Assembly (NCBI GenBank): GCA_963764725.1
Contig: CAVXTM010000001.1
Coordinates: 320,001-384,000, forward strand
Length of the DNA: 64,000 nucleotides
Direction: 5' to 3'
From: an uncultured Gammaproteobacteria bacterium
GTDB taxonomy: Bacteria > Pseudomonadota > Gammaproteobacteria > JACCXJ01
In this document: positions 63,053 to 64,000 of the stretch, in pieces
Layout: each line of letters opens with the position of its first letter
Position numbering within the stretch: position 1 is the stretch's first letter
Made by a program: the position numbers and the translations under genes
Notes under the pieces: generated by a model
Told to the model about the DNA's origin: nothing
Databases searched by the model: none
What the model saw: only the letters and a program-made list of their open reading frames with translations

Positions 63053-64000
63053 TCCGCGAGCACCTGCCGGCCTTGCTGGTGGTGGTGCCGCTCGCTGCGG
63101 CGCCGCTCATCGTGCTGCTGCGCCACGCCGCGCTGGGCTGGCTGCTGGCCTGCGCCGCGAGTCTGTTCGCCTTTGGCGCGAGCCTCGCGCTCGCCGCGGA
63201 GGTCGCGCGCGTGGGTGCCATCTCCTACGCCATGGGCAACTGGCCGCCGCCCTGGGGCATCGAGTACCGCATCGACGCGCTGTCTTCCGTCGTCCTGGTC
63301 TTGGTCTCGGCAATCGGCGCGCTGGTCGCGCCCTACGCCTGGCGCAGCGTGGCTGCGGAACTGCCGCGCGAGCAGCACTACCTTTACCACGCGGTGTACT
63401 GTCTGTGCCTCGCGGGACTGCTCGGCATGGCGGCGACCGGGGACGCGTTCAATCTCTTCGTGTTCATGGAAGTCGCGTCGCTCGCCATGTACGTGCTGAT
63501 CGCGCTGGGGCGCGACCGCCGTGCGCTGCTCGCCGCCTACCAGTACCTGATCCTCGGCACCATCGGCGCCACGTTCTACGTCATCGGCGTGGGGCTGCTT
63601 TACCTCGTCACCGGCACGCTCAATATCGCCGACATGGCGCAGCGCTTGCCGGAGGCGGGTAGCGCGCGCCCGGTGCTCGCAGCGCTCGCCTTCATCACGG
63701 TGGGCATTTCGCTCAAGCTCGCGCTGTTCCCGCTGCACCTGTGGCTGCCGAACGCTTACGCCTATGCGCCTTCGGCCGTCGCCGCGTTCCTCGCGGCGAC
63801 GGCGACCAAGGTCTCGGTATACGTGCTGCTACGCTACTACTTCAGCGTGTTCGGGCACGGCCTCGTGGTCGAGTCGCTACCGGTGCCCGGGATCCTGATC
63901 GGCCTTTCGGCCATCGCCATCGTCAGCGCTTCGCTGGTGGCGCTGTGGCAGGCGGACTTCAAGCGCGTGCTCGCCTACTCGAGTGTGGCGCAGATCGGCT
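63049..64000 (+). CDS. mrpD: Mrp subunit D (partial, runs off the window)
   Basis: Manual translation: EHLPALLVVVPL, GNWPPPWGIE, GDAFNLFVFMEV, KLALFPLHLWLPNAY, KRVLAYSSVAQIG. Confidence 0.92.
   Translation, partial: MIREHLPALLVVVPLAAAPLIVLLRHAALGWLLACAASLFAFGASLALAAEVARVGAISYAMGNWPPPWGIEYRIDALSSVVLVLVSAIGALVAPYAWRSVAAELPREQHYLYHAVYCLCLAGLLGMAATGDAFNLFVFMEVASLAMYVLIALGRDRRALLAAYQYLILGTIGATFYVIGVGLLYLVTGTLNIADMAQRLPEAGSARPVLAALAFITVGISLKLALFPLHLWLPNAYAYAPSAVAAFLAATATKVSVYVLLRYYFSVFGHGLVVESLPVPGILIGLSAIAIVSASLVALWQADFKRVLAYSSVAQIG

Overview
Chromosomal window from a gammaproteobacterium. The gene order and protein sequences resemble Chromatiales/Methylococcales-like lineages, but this is an inference. 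Bases 1-32 kb are mostly core genome. They hold a complete dcw cluster (mraZ to a partial ftsZ, with murB inside), rnpB, rsmI-lpoA-yraN-gmhA and a decayed dolP. They also hold sspAB, petABC and mlaC-mlaB-ibaG-murA-hisGDC. Bases 32-42 kb carry udgB, hsp20, coq7, a NarL/UvrY-type two-component pair, rplM-rpsI-tRNA-Gln and rpe-gph-trpE. Bases 42-56 kb look accessory. They contain an OmpR-type two-component pair, an MFS transporter, a receiver-Ser/Thr kinase fusion and a Betaproteobacteria-like Pil-Chp chemosensory cassette. The window ends with cysG, a D-Ala-D-Ala carboxypeptidase, an OFA-family MFS with a 45-aa partner, an nhaD remnant and a higher-GC mrpEFGBBCD operon. The strongest unexplained signals are three putative minus-strand non-coding RNAs. 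The best is a ~320-nt highly structured RNA (35191-35512) with unpaired anti-Shine-Dalgarno motifs, directly behind the UvrY-like regulator. The second is a ~65-nt sRNA divergent from the OmpR-type pair. The third is a weaker candidate after tRNA-Gln. No CRISPR array, integrase or transposase was seen. All structure predictions were made by eye and need computational checking.
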